NCBI RefSeq assembly: GCF_039654945.1
Contig: NW_027361711.1
Span: 1,240,001-1,304,000 of the forward strand
DNA length: 64,000 nucleotides
Origin: Dendrobates tinctorius
Lineage: Eukaryota
Direction: 5' to 3'
Shown one piece after another: positions 1 through 11,429 of the stretch. The translations under genes were made by a program, and so were the position numbers. The notes beneath the pieces were generated by a model. The model did not search any database. It had not been told where the DNA came from and saw nothing but the letters and a program-made list of their open reading frames with translations. The first letter of the stretch is position 1. The number at the start of each line of letters is the position of its first letter.

Positions 1-700
1 ACCACTAAATAGGGAGGGAAAGCTGTTCACCATAGTTTGTACATCCATATCCACAGGGTCAGTTATGGTATGAATAATCTGGATGAGCCCTAGCTCCAAG
101 GCAGTGTGATAGCTGAGAAGACATCCTCCCGATCCTTGTAATGTGTGGAAAGTGGTTTTCTGCCTGTTTTCTTTATATCTAATTTCAGCATCAAATTGTC
201 CCATTATAGCTAGAGGTGTTTTAGATCCATAAGGAAAAATTTTAGTCTGCACTTGTTGTAAGACTGGCCTTGTTTTCAATTGTTCATATGTAGTGCCATC
301 TATGATATCCACTGAAGCTCCTGTATCTATTGTAAAGGTAATGTCAGTGTTGCAGATTGAGAGTGTAACACAGGGAGACTGTACTGAACCAGTGACAGAG
401 GTAGTGAACACATAGTTCTCAGTCGCAGACATTTCTTCTGTGTCCTGATTTATCACTTTTACATCTGCAGATTTTGTCATAGGCAGCGGAGGCTTGTAGT
501 GCGCTGATTTGCAAACAGCTGCAAAATGATTCCCTTTTCCACATTTACTGCAGGTTTGTCCCATAGCTGGACATTTGTTCTGGTGGTGAGGGAAATCCTG
601 TTCACATCTATAACATTTCTTCTGTTTCTGGGCTTGTTTGTCTGGTAAATTTTTCTGTTTGAGATTATGCACATGATAGAGTCTCTCAGTGGTGCTGGCG
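1..700 (-). pseudogene. Mag-like Gypsy gag C-terminus (two zinc knuckles) plus aspartic protease, running off the window edge
   Basis: Manual minus-strand translation is open throughout: CYRCEQDFPHHQNKC, CSKCGKGNHFAAVC, then FTIDTGASVDII (DTGA at 316-327), IFPYGSKTPL, GCLLSY, FPSLFSG. It is absent from the ORF track, probably because no stop falls inside the window. Confidence 0.85.
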
Positions 701-747
701 TGTGTAGCGGTAAAATAGAGTCCGTACTCACAGCAGTAGGTGATTAT

Positions 748-765
748 ATCCCATCCTCGTCGCCA
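748..765 (-). promoter_or_regulatory. Primer-binding site for tRNA-Ser(GCU)
   Basis: Minus strand reads TGGCGACGAGGATGGGAT, 2 nt after the LTR end, complementary to the tRNA-Ser 3' end. Confidence 0.85.
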
Positions 766-767
766 GT

Positions 768-974
768 TGTAATATCCACACGTTATGACGAATTCAATGT
801 ATTAAACTTTAGATATGTTTTATTCTTCGTCCTCCAGCACACAGCATAACACTTGCATTCCCATGCTACCAGAAGTGAAACTGAAACTTCCCTTCTCATC
901 CCTCTTGTCTCCACCCTCCAAGTCCCATAAGTCTGGCTTGCTTAAAGAGACAGATCTAATTATTATACATTACA
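768..974 (-). mobile_element. 5' LTR (207 bp) of the Mag-like Gypsy element
   Basis: TGTAAT...ATTACA inverted termini, AATAAA on the minus strand at 818-823, adjacent PBS. Confidence 0.8.
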
Positions 975-983
975 ACCGCTTTT

Positions 984-1304
984 GTGGTTTATGTTCTGTT
1001 TTGTCCTTGCGGCTTTTTTTATATCGGAAAAACGATTCAGCCCCTTTATGTTAGATTTAGGGAACACTTTAATTCTATTAATACAGGAAAAGGTGTCCCT
1101 AGACTCATAGAACATATGAGAAAATTCCATGGAGGGAATGCGGAGGCATTGCGCTTTGCTGGTATTGAACGAGTTTCTGTGCCGCAGCATGGAGGGAATC
1201 ATGGTAGACGTCTTTTACAAGCAGAAGCCAAATGGATCCTTCGCACAAAAGCCACAGGTCCGTTGGGCCTAAATGAAAAGATAGACATGTCCGATTTCCT
1301 TTAA
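984..1304 (+). pseudogene. GIY-YIG endonuclease (C-terminus) of a Penelope-like retroelement, cut on its 5' side by the Gypsy insertion
   Basis: VYVLFCPCGFFYIGKT...RFREH...EAKWI...GLNE: GIY-YIG motifs with the CxC and His residues typical of PLE endonucleases. Confidence 0.88.
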
Positions 1305-1860
1305 TCAGTTATGATTGTATATTTTTAATTATGATGTGGTGTCTGTAATATATGGATATTTGTAATTTTTGTTATTTTTCGTTGTTTTGTCTTTTTGAGA
1401 TAGAAGGGTTATAAGACATGCTCAGGTGAAGGGGTGGAGTTTTTTTACCTACACATGTGGTATAAATAGATGTTTTCCTCAGTCTGAGCATAGGACCTGT
1501 TGAAGCGCATTGTGCGCGAAATGGCTGTTGTCCGTCTTTTACACGTTACTCCTGTGCCTATGCCTATGCCTCGTTTTTATGAAATAAAGTAAACTGTTAC
1601 AAGAGAACGGTGAGTGCCATCCTGTTTTCTTCTCTTACAATGATATTTCATGTTTTTTCTACATGGGATTGAGCACCCATTCTATAGGGGAAAAAGGTGT
1701 GTTACTGACCACGGATGTGAAGTCACAGGTGCTATCATCGAGGGTAATTTTTTCTCACATAACGGTGTCAGATTTTTTCTTCTTTTATGAAATTTTTGAT
1801 CCCTTTAAGAACCGGCCCTGTATCGAGTATCCCAACAGCCCTGGCGTACACTCAATTTGC
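1305..1860 (+). mobile_element. Penelope pseudo-LTR / 3' UTR
   Basis: Follows the GIY-YIG stop: TATAAATA 1461-1468, hammerhead motif, AATAAA 1583-1588, GTGAGT donor 1610-1615. Right boundary approximate. Confidence 0.6.
1493..1533 (+). ncRNA. Decayed minimal type-I hammerhead ribozyme
   Basis: GGAC-CTGtTGA-A-GCGCA ttg TGCGC-GAAA-tGGCtG-Tt-GTCC. Helix I is GGAC/GTCC and stem II is intact. Restoring CpGs gives GAAACGGCCGTC. Confidence 0.75.
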
Positions 1861-1977
1861 ACCTTACTACTTATATATTCGGTTCCATTATCTGCATGCA
1901 GAGCTTTTAGCATTCTTGCAAATTTGTTAAACACTACAGCAAGATATTATTCAAGTTTCTGTGGAACTTCATCCTTA

Positions 1978-2198
1978 GGCCGGGGTCACACTTGCATGTG
2001 CAATGCGAGAAACTCGCTCAAGTCTCTCGCATCAATACCTGGCACTGCTGCCGGCACTCGGACCGGAGTGTGCGGCTGCATGTACAGTATTTCTATGCAA
2101 CAGCACACTCCGGTCCCGAGTGCCAGCGGCACTGCAGATATTTATGCAAGAGACTCGCACGAGCTGCTTGCATTGCACACGCAAGTGTGACCCCAGCC
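1978..2198. mobile_element. PIF/Harbinger-type fold-back MITE
   Basis: TIRs GGCCGGGGTCACACTTGC / GCAAGTGTGACCCCAGCC, near-palindromic interior, TTA/TGA flanks. Confidence 0.75.
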
Positions 2199-2201
2199 TG
2201 A

Positions 2202-2430
2202 CCCCAGATGGTGCGTTTGGCGCAGGTCGGCGCAGCGACGAAAGGATGCATGCGCCGTCAAACGCATACCTGCGCATGGCCTGCGTACCCAATGCTAAAG
2301 ATAGGGTACGCAGGCCGTATGCAGTGTCATGCGCCCGTAGGCGGAGCTGACCGGAGGAGGCCATGGGCGGAGCTTAGCGGCGGCCGTGTGCAGCCCAACG
2401 CAGCTCCAATAAACACAAGTGTGAAAGTAG
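2202..2430. mobile_element. Second Harbinger-type MITE fragment
   Basis: GC-rich hairpins (GGCCTGCGTACCC/GGGTACGCAGGCC) and a TIR-like end AAGTGTGAAAGTAG. Confidence 0.45.
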
Positions 2431-4063
2431 AATTACTGCTTCTGGGTCTCTGTGCCTAAGATGTCTGTGCCATACATGGATACAGTTCTGCAGCTCTTGT
2501 CTACAACTGTACACTCTTTCTTTGCATTTTAGCTGATAAAGTTCATCTTGGGTTTTTTCTTTTGCAAGAGTGTGACCTTTCTTTGAGATGATGCAGCTGT
2601 TATCTTTAAAAGAAACTACATTCCCCTTTTGCGTGAGCTTCTTTACTTACAGAAGATTGCTTTCAAGGCTGGGAACATAGAGAACATCCTTTATTGGGAT
2701 CTTTCTGCTGAGGAAACTGGACATTGGAGGTAGCATCTCCTACTCTTTCTGAAACCATATAGTGACCATTAGCTAAGATGACCCTTCCTGACCTGCTCTC
2801 ACCAAGGCCAGCTAAGAAATCCTTGTTATTTGTCATATGACTACTTACACTGAAATCTACACACCATATATGCTTTGCAGATGTGCCTATAATGACATTA
2901 AATGCAGCTTCAGCACATGCAAAATCTTCCTTTAACCCTTTGATGACGTTTCTGCTTTTTAAGCTGACTCATTCTTGCTTTTCAAATTCTGCAGTCTGCT
3001 TTCAGGTGGCCAGGTTTTTTACAGACAAAACATTCATGAGTTTCTCTTAGATTGCTCTTTATATTTAGGGAAATTCTCTGCCTTTTTCTGCTCTGGATTC
3101 ATTAACGCTGCTTACATACTGCATTTTTCTCTTGAATTCATCCACAGGTTTGCCTTTAACATACTCTTGTGTCAGCTCATCATCTGGCCGTGCATCTAGT
3201 GCAGTCACAAGTGTGTCATGACTCTCTGGAAGACCACTTAATAGAAGTGCAGAAACATGAAAATCTTTAATTTCTTCTCCAATACCCCTGAGACGCTCCA
3301 CAATCTCTAGGGCGTTTCTTATATAGTCTGGCATATTCTGTCCATCACTTAGCTTAGACTGCTACAGCTTTCTCTTGAGATAAAGCTTATTGCTGAGATT
3401 TGATCTTTCATGCACTTTCTGTTACTCATCCCACATCTCCTTTGCAGGTTGCACACTTGCATATATGCACAATCTGATTATCATCTACACTGAGGGAGAT
3501 CGTGCTTTGTGCTTTCTGATTTTTCTCTAGCCAATAATCTGATAATGGATGAGGCACTTGTTCCTGAGAATATTCCACATAACTTTTCTTATGAGCAGCT
3601 TCTTCACTTTGAAATTCCAGGACTGGTAGTTCTGGTTAGTTAGGATTGGCACTGAGAACTTGACAGGATTGCTGCTAGTGGACATCTTTTCTGTTGCTCT
3701 GTGCTGCTTTTGCCTTCTGTTACTGTGTTACTCTGGTCCCATAACCTGTTGGCAGTAGATTATTCAGTATACTCTCCAAGTGTGTGACAACAGGGCTTCT
3801 TTATTCAGGAACAATCAGGAACAAAATATGATAAGCTTAATAGATCAGGAATTGATCATTTGTGTGTCTCTTTCTGTGCAGCATCTGCAACAGGCTGCTT
3901 CATCTTCCATACACAGACACAGGAAAAACAGGAAATAGTCACATGCTATCCGTGTGTGAGCCTCTGGGAGTTTTTTTGTTCGAACTTTATGATCAGCATA
4001 CAAATCTAGCAATTAAACACTCATAGACAGTAATGGAGTTGTTGCACCAAACATATTCCAACA
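2431..4063 (-). mobile_element. Ty1/Copia LTR retrotransposon, 5' half (LTR 3747-4063, gag, degenerate protease, pre-integrase)
   Basis: LTR TGTTGG...CCAACA. PBS GGTTATGGGACCAG at 3733-3746. Gag start MSTSSNPVKFSVPILTNQNYQSW, UBN2-like ORF 3065-3334, knuckle CFVCKKPGHLKADC, WCVDFSVSSHMTN, DVLYVPSLESNLL, WHRHLRH. Confidence 0.9.
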
Positions 4064-4199
4064 TTTTATTCTAGGTTTTGCTTGTTAATGGCCTCAGTGT
4101 GAGTGAACGCATACACAGTTCACTTATACTAACAGGAATGCTGGCCAATCATTTTGGTCCTGTCATCATATTAGTTATAAATATGCTTTTGGGACATCA

Positions 4200-4990
4200 A
4201 GCTATACATAAGGGGCTGTATAGGCCATAATACTCTATACAGGTACCCCTAAGGACCGTAACACTTCATTTAAGGGGCTGTGGGGTTCATCATACTGGAA
4301 AATGGGGCCTATGGGGGCCATGATATTGCATTTAAGATGCTATGGGGGCATTGTACTGCCTATAAAGACCTGTGGGGGGCTTCATACTGCATTTAGAGGA
4401 TTGTTGGAGCTTTCATCCTGCTATAGGACCCTTGGGAGCCATTATATTGCATTTAAAGGGATGCGGGCACCATCATGCTGCATTTAGGGGACTGTGTGGG
4501 CCATTATAATTATACTGCATACAGGGTGCTGTGGGGGTATCATACTGCGTATTGGGGGCTGTGGGAGACATCATAAGGTACCATAATAATAACGCACCAT
4601 AAGATGGACAGTGTGGGGATTCTATTTTGTGCAGTGGGTACAGTGAGAAGTAATTATTTTTAAGGGGAAGAGCAAAGGGTAGTTTCTTTATTCATAAGCA
4701 TTTTAACGATACTGCTGTTTTTAAGAACACAGTGTCGAGATGTACAGCAGAAAACCAGAGAAGATGTAATTCTGCAGAGGTGAGCTGTGGATGTCCAAAG
4801 TCATCATGACGACTGGACCAAATTGTGACAAAAGGGATGAGAATAACTCTAATCAGAAAATATGCCATCTATAAGATATCTGGATATAAATGTTTATTCA
4901 TGATACTGACTGTTTCCCATCAGTACTGTGGTTCCTGCATGGTCCACAATTTGAAGATGACTGGTAAGAAGAACTCTTACTATGTCCTCA
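4200..4990 (+). mobile_element. Degraded interior of a non-autonomous hAT-like element with a ~31-bp CATCATACTG/GGGGC array
   Basis: Array followed by a core resembling 45100-45290 of the TSD-bounded hAT element. No termini found. Confidence 0.4.
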
Positions 4991-5275
4991 CCTTTGCTAA
5001 AGACATACTAGGAGTTGTAGGTTCATGTTACACTAATCTATATTGTGAGGGCTGACTTGACATTGCAATTGATTTCTGTACTAAGCTTGGTGCTGTATTA
5101 TTGTATTGATGGTGTTTCTAGTGTTGTAGTCACATAATGATGGTGCTTCTGGTGCTATATTTATATACTGATGGTAGTTCTGCTGCTATACTCATGTACT
5201 GTTGGTGTTTATGGTGCTGAATTCCTGTACCTATGGTGGTTCTGGTGCTGTATTCATGTACTGATGGTGGTAATG

Positions 5276-5921
5276 TGTCACAGACCTAGTTTGTGGAACC
5301 ACTGTGCCACAGACCACGGAAAGCCTGGAGGGGTGTGACTAAGCGAGCACCAGACTGTTCACTAGAGCTTCTGATGGTGAGGTTAGACTTGGCTCCTGAT
5401 GAACGCTAGGTGCCACTCTAGGACAAACCAACGGATGCGCAGCAGCTGGATCCAGTAGGATAGATTGGATGGTGCAGCAGGCAGGATCTGCACCAGAGTG
5501 CAACAGGCAGGATCTGCACCAGAGTGCAGCAGGCAGGATCTGCACCAGAGTGCAGAAGGCAGGATCTGCACCAGAGTGCAGCAGGCAGGATCTGCACCAG
5601 AGCGCAGCAGGGAGTGGTACGCAACCTTACACAACTTAGACTGCAGAACAGGAAGGTTGCTCAGGCACCTCCCCAGTGAGGAGGAAGAAATATACACATA
5701 ATGTCCTGCAGCCATTTGCTGGGGAGGAAATAGCAAGTGCACACGCTGGCCCTTCAAGAGGGCGGGAGCGTGCTCTAAGGACATGGCTGGAGGCCAGGCT
5801 GGAAGCTCTGCTGGAAGCACGCAGAGCATGGAGAAGGGAAGAACCGACCGCAGTGTGGGTGAGTGAAGTGACATGCCATAGACCCTTCCTGTCAGAGCAG
5901 GGATCCAGCATGGTGCTAACA
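5276..5921 (-). mobile_element. Solo LTR (646 bp), Gypsy-type
   Basis: TG...CA termini and exact 5-bp TSD TAATG (5271-5275 / 5922-5926). Orientation is tentative. Confidence 0.85.
5475..5604. repeat. 5 x 26-bp tandem repeat inside the solo LTR
   Basis: Unit CAGCAGGCAGGATCTGCACCAGAGTG. Confidence 0.92.
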
Positions 5922-6038
5922 TAATGGTTCTATATTCATGTACTATTGGTTGTTTTGATAATGTTTTCATGTGCTAATGGTGATTATGGAGCTGTACTCA
6001 TGTACTGATGATGATTCTGGTGATGCATTTGTATAAGC

Positions 6039-6400
6039 CAGGGCTCGGCAAACTTCTGGCCCTTTGGCTGTGCCCGTTCGGCCCATGGGCAGGCACAGAC
6101 AAAGAGGCTGGTATGAATGCTTCAGCAGTGCGAGCTAGTCGGCGTTTGGTGCTGACGGCGATGTGGAGAGCAGTGTTAAGGATGGTGAGGAGAGTGGAGC
6201 AGAAGGCGGGAAGGAGGGTGGAGTGGAGGTCTGTGCTGTACATGGTGCTGAGCTGTGTGCACCTGACTTGCATAGAGATACGTACGGATGCAGGTCATAT
6301 GATTACAGCATGATGCCTGACTTCACACAGTTAGCGCTCCAGCCTATTGCCTCATCACTGCACATAAAGTTTGTTCACCCCCACGCTACCAAAACATAGC
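6039..6400 (+). mobile_element. hAT-Charlie-like left-end fragment
   Basis: Starts CAGGGCTCGGCAAAC with CGGCCC-type subterminal motifs. No right TIR found. Confidence 0.4.
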
Positions 6401-7399
6401 CTACAGTTGCAATCTTTTTTTTTTTTTTTAACATACAGAAAAAAACACTGTTGGATTACTCTTCCCTTGTGGGGGTACTGTGCCTCATGGTAATGTTGTG
6501 GACAAAATCATGTGTGCACTGTGCAATGTTTATGTTCTATGTAATTTCATAGGCACAAGTACTAATATACTAATGGTGAGGGGCAGAACAAGTAGAGGCA
6601 GCTTGAGATTGGATGGCTGAATGCCTCCAATTCCTTGTTTTGTGTTACATTGGGTCCCCTCTTAATCATGGCCCCAGTTCCAGCAAACAAGAAAACAGAA
6701 ATGGAGTACAATTACAATAACCCTACCTGAAGAATTAAGGTGTGTCTGCCTGCTTTGAACAATCATTTTTACAAGGAAAACACTTCACGCCCCTTAAGGC
6801 AACAGCATTGGGGAGGCATCCTAATGCAAATGGGCTGGCACTGCCACAATCAAACTACAAGCTTTTTATCTGCAGCTGCTATACTGTACGCTCCTGAAGG
6901 TTAAAGTTTGGTTCTGTAGGTTGTGGTAGATTGACTCACTCAGCTGCACATGGAGGTAGACAAAGGAGACACGGCCTCTTTAAGTCTTCCACTGGTTTAT
7001 TATATACATGCAGGGCTGCCACTAGGAATTTCAGGGCTAACCTCACACTGACAAAATTTTAGGGGCCCCCTTGAGAGTCCACCCAGGTTCCGCCCCAGCC
7101 CCGACTCCACCCCTCGAACCGTCCAGTCCCACCGCCCTCTCTTGAAAAAACTCCACTTGTGCACCACATCCTCACCAATCACACATTTACAGTTCTCATC
7201 ACCACATACATAGCCAGCAATTTTTGCATTGGCCAAAAAAATTTACTCTGCTACCATGACAAGGTAGACTCTTTTGGCCAGGCTCTACTCTACTGTAACT
7301 TACTAAACATTTGTTAAAATATCCAATACAATTTCGGTATATTTTTACTTATTTTTACATTTTTTAAATGACCAATATATATATATATATATATAAATA

Positions 7400-8130
7400 T
7401 CACAAACAAGCAACAAATACTGCCACACCATGACCAGATCACATATTACCACCAAATAGTGATCAAGTAATAGCACATACAAGGAACAAAAACCACCACA
7501 CCATGACCAGACTATGTATTACTACCACATAGTGACCGAATACTACATATAAGGAACAAATACTGCAACACCATGATCAGACCACATAATACCACCACAC
7601 ACTTTGACCGAATAATAGCACATATAAGGAACAAATACCACCACACCATGTCCAGACCACATATTACCACCACAGTGACAGAATAATAGCACATACAAGG
7701 AACAAATACCGCAAAACCATGATCAGATCACATATTACCACCATATAGTGATCAAATAATAGCACATACAAGGAACAAAAACCACCACACCATGACCAGA
7801 CTATGTATTACTACCACATAGGGACCGAATAATACTACATACAAGGAACAAATACTGCCACACCATGATCAGACAACATAATACCACCACACACTTTGAC
7901 CGAATAATAGCACATATAAGGAACAAATACCACCACACCATGTCCAGACCACATATTACCACCACAGTGACAGAATAATAGCACATATAAGGAACAAATA
8001 CCGCAAAACCATGACCAGATCACATATTACCACAACATAATGACCAAATAATAGCACATACAAGGAACAAATACCACAACACCATGACCAGATAACATAT
8101 TACCACAACATAGTGACTGAATACTACAAT
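7400..8130. repeat. ~72-bp tandem array (about 10 units) with a ~289-bp higher-order duplication
   Basis: Unit ACCATGACCAGACCACATATTACCACC...AATAATAGCACATACAAGGAACAAATACC. ORFs at 7512 and 7801 are near-identical. Confidence 0.9.
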
Positions 8131-8413
8131 ACAGATCATTAATAAATAAAAAAAAAACTAATATCACCATGAGTGCCATTATACACAGGCGATCTGTACT
8201 TCGTATACAGTGTCAGTGTACAGGCAATATACAGTGATCACCGGTAACATTATATACAGGAGCTCTGTATATAGTATTCAGTGTATAATGTCCTTACTGG
8301 TGATGTCTCTAGTTGAAGTCCTTCATCTTTGCTTTTCATCTTCACTCAGCGCACACCACCATAACTTCTTCCAGCCAGGACTCGTCTCTGAAGACTATAA
8401 AAGTTATCTAGAG

Positions 8414-8575
8414 CAGGATTCCCCAACTCCAATCCTCAAGGCCCACCAACAGATCATGTTTTCAGGTTTTTCTTAGTATTGCTCAGGTGATAATTGCTTC
8501 ACCTGTGCAATACAAAGGAAATCCTGAAAACATGATCTGTTGGTGGGCCTTGAGGACTGGAGTTGGGGAACCCTG
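8414..8575. mobile_element. hAT-Charlie MITE (162 bp) nested in the hAT element
   Basis: Near-perfect fold-back with TSD ATCTAGAG. The empty site CTCTAGAT is present in the sister copy at 53845-53852. Confidence 0.92.
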
Positions 8576-8789
8576 ATCTAGAGCACATTCCCCAATTTTT
8601 CCCTAACCTCTATACTACGCCAGATGAAGAAAAAAGCGACTGTGTCATCCTGCACAATAACAGAACCTCTTCTCCCCCACGCTGAAAACAGTATCCTCAA
8701 AAATAATATCCTTTAGTTAGCTCATACAGTAATAAAATCCCACATTCTGGACCCCACGTGTCCTCCCATTCCTCCTCATGTCTCTCCAT

Positions 8790-9030
8790 ATTGCCCCCAT
8801 AATCATCCATAATAGTATATTGTACCTCATAGTCATATATAGCAGTATAATGCAGCCCCATAGTAGTATAATGTACCCTATAGTCATATATAGTATAATG
8901 CAACCACATAGTAGTATAATGTACCCCATAGTCATATACAGTATATGGTATTATGCACCCACATAGCAGTATAATGCAGCACCATAGTACTATAATCACC
9001 CATATAGTAGTATACTGCACTCCCATAGGG
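8790..9030. repeat. AT-rich array (CATAGTAGTATAATG...CCCCATAGTCATAT)
   Basis: Degenerate repeated units. Confidence 0.7.
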
Positions 9031-10600
9031 TAAGGCATGCCCCATACAGTGGCTTTACAAAAAAAAGTTTCTCCTTACCTGGCTGAGCTCCAGCAGGGAC
9101 CTCCTCTCTGATTTAGCTGAGGCGCGCAGCGTCGTTCCGGCGTATGACAGTGACATCATACATCGGCGACGTGTTCACTGACGTCAGCTGTCAGCCTGTG
9201 ATTGGCTGGCGGCTGTTAACTGTTGCCGTGCAGGAGGAATCTCCTGCATGGCAACAGATTTTAACTGATTGTGTGTCAGAAGACGCACGATCAGTCACTG
9301 AAGCGGCAGCATCCTGCCACTGGGACCCGGTGACCACGGCAGTAATACCCTGATGGCGGCCCTGTATACATGTGGCATAAACCAGTGTAAAGTAAAAATA
9401 AACATAGTCCTTCTGGCAAAACATGAAAGCAAAACAAAATTGTATAGAATTTTTCAGCTGTTGGAATCCGCCTGCTCAGTATTACCAAAACATACAATGG
9501 TTCAGCTTTTCTTAACAGGACACATAGCTCTTGAGTTCCACTCTTCAAGCCTACCGAACACCTAATGACCGAGAAGGCTGACAATTTACCTTCTAAACCC
9601 AAAACTGGGGTGGAGATATGGTGAACAACCTCCCACAAGCTCTTTAGTTGTTCACTTAAAAGCCTAGCCCTTAAAATGGCTAGGCTCTCAGCACTTAGTG
9701 TGCTGAAGCAAACTTCTAGGTTTCAAATCACTGAAGCTAATAGCCTCAGTGAAACATATCTCACCTCCAGTACTTTGCCAGTGAATTTGCCGAGGAATGT
9801 GAAAACATGCTCTGTGGGTGAAATTTGTCAGCTTCTGTGGGAGAAATGTGAAAATATGCTCTGTGGGTGAAATTTTTAACTGGACTGCCGGTAGCAAGCT
9901 TCATGGCACACAACCAGCTCAATCAAAGATCATGCAAAAAGATTTTCAGTGGCAGCATTTGTAATGTATGCTTTTGGAGCTGACATTTTGGAGCTGTGGG
10001 GGTACTGTGCCCCATGCTCTGTGGGTGAAATATTTGTGGTGCCCGTATAGCGCGGACAGCTCCGTAATGTTAGAAGAAAGGAACCCAGCCATCCAGGGCC
10101 CAGAGGGCCAGAAGAGCAGCTGAGGCAGAGTGGTGACAACAGTGGTGCAGCAGAAGTTAAAACAGAGCATACAAGGACACAGTTCATTCTACAATGTGGC
10201 AGCTCACTGCATGGGCAGATTCCTTCATGTCTGGGGCGAAATGGACGAGGGAACTCCTAAGTGTAGTGAGTCTGAACAGAGACGACGCTGCGGTACCGGT
10301 TGAGACCGTATCACCCGGGCATGTACTGGAGAATGTAGGAAAGAGTGCAGGGAAAGTAAATAATGTGAACTGTATGGAACCCTATGCTGATGTTGTATCT
10401 GACAGAGATGTGCTGCGAAAAGGAATAAGTAAAATTCTACGTTTTAAGTTTTAACTGGACTGTGTCTCTGTTTGTATGGAAGGGGTCTGCAGCAGCTGAA
10501 GAGAAGACCCTGAAGGTGCAGAGAGCAGAGAGGCAAGTACACTGACAAAAGGATGTTCTTTGTATGTGACAGGAGACCAGGGTGCGCAAGAGCTGTTAGC

Positions 10601-10913
10601 TAGTGATGGGTGAGTAGCATCATTGCTCGAGTCTCCCTAAGCATGCTCGGGTGATCTCCAAGTATTTTGGCATGCTCAGAAATTTAGTTTTCCTCATCTC
10701 AGCTGCATGATTTGTGACTTGTAGACAGGCTGAATACATGTGGGAATTCCCTAACAAACAGGCATTCCACACATGTATTGAAGCTGTCTATCAGTCGCAA
10801 ATCATATAGTTGAGGCGACGAAAACTTAATCTCTGAGCACGCCAAAATACTCGGAGACCACCAGAGCATGCTCGGGGAGAGACCCGAGCAACGAGTATAC
10901 TAGCTCATTACTA
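10601..10913. mobile_element. hAT MITE (TAGTGATG... family)
   Basis: TIRs TAGTGATGGGTGAGTA / TACTAGCTCATTACTA with a fold-back interior. Flanks CTGTTAGC / CCATTAGC fit a CpG-decayed TSD CCGTTAGC. Confidence 0.82.
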
Positions 10914-11049
10914 CCATTAGCCTCAACCACGACTACAGCCCTGGCACTCCCTCACAGTAGCAAGCCTTAGTATCTGTGAGGGCATTGTTAAAATGTTTGG
11001 TATTCATTTACTTCCTATTTTACCATGTTTGCTCTTTTGACAGAACCCC

Positions 11050-11292
11050 TTTAAGTCATTTCCCTATCCCCATCTATTTGCAGTGAAATTGTCCTGCTCT
11101 TACCCCCATTTTTCTTCCTATTGCAGCCCCTAGCCCTTAGTCAGACCATTTTATAGCCATTATGCAGCACTGAAGGTCGGGTCTCCATTGACTTATATAG
11201 GGTTCGGGATGCTGGGGTCAAGTTCGGGTCCTGAATTGGACTTTTTAAAAAGTACGATCGAACCCGAACATCCACGGGTTCGCTCATTACTA
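11050..11292. mobile_element. hAT terminal fragment
   Basis: GTTCGGG/CCCGAAC subterminal motifs ending GGTTCGCTCATTACTA. Confidence 0.6.
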
Positions 11293-11429
11293 ATTTTATT
11301 GTAAAAAGTAGAATTTTGTAATAATGCTTTAAAAATATATAAAATCTGTTTTAAATGCTGCATAAAATTTAGATCACTACAAAGAAAAAAATAGAGAGCA
11401 CCAGACTAGATCTCCCTGCACTGTCACAA

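Larger units (their letters stand above)
5085..6030. repeat. Degenerate ~31-bp minisatellite (TGGTGCTGTATTCATGTACTGATGGTGGTTC), split by a solo LTR
   Basis: Units visible at 5085-5275 and 5927-6030. Confidence 0.65.
7011..9364 (-). mobile_element. Non-autonomous hAT transposon with internal tandem arrays
   Basis: TIRs CAGGGCTGCCA / TGGCGGCCCTG and exact 8-bp TSD TATACATG. Same family as 51293-54767, in opposite orientation. Confidence 0.92.

Noticed and set aside
984-1304. Homing endonuclease, UvrC or host SLX1-type gene
   Set aside because: The CxC/His pattern, C-terminal position and downstream hammerhead pLTR fit a Penelope element.
7400-8130. CRISPR-like periodicity (also 5475, 11710, 23253)
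   Set aside because: Whole units repeat with no unique spacers, there are no cas genes, and the context is eukaryotic TEs.
10194-10454. 86-aa ORF in an unassigned region
   Set aside because: It has no motif and probably lies in LTR-like sequence.
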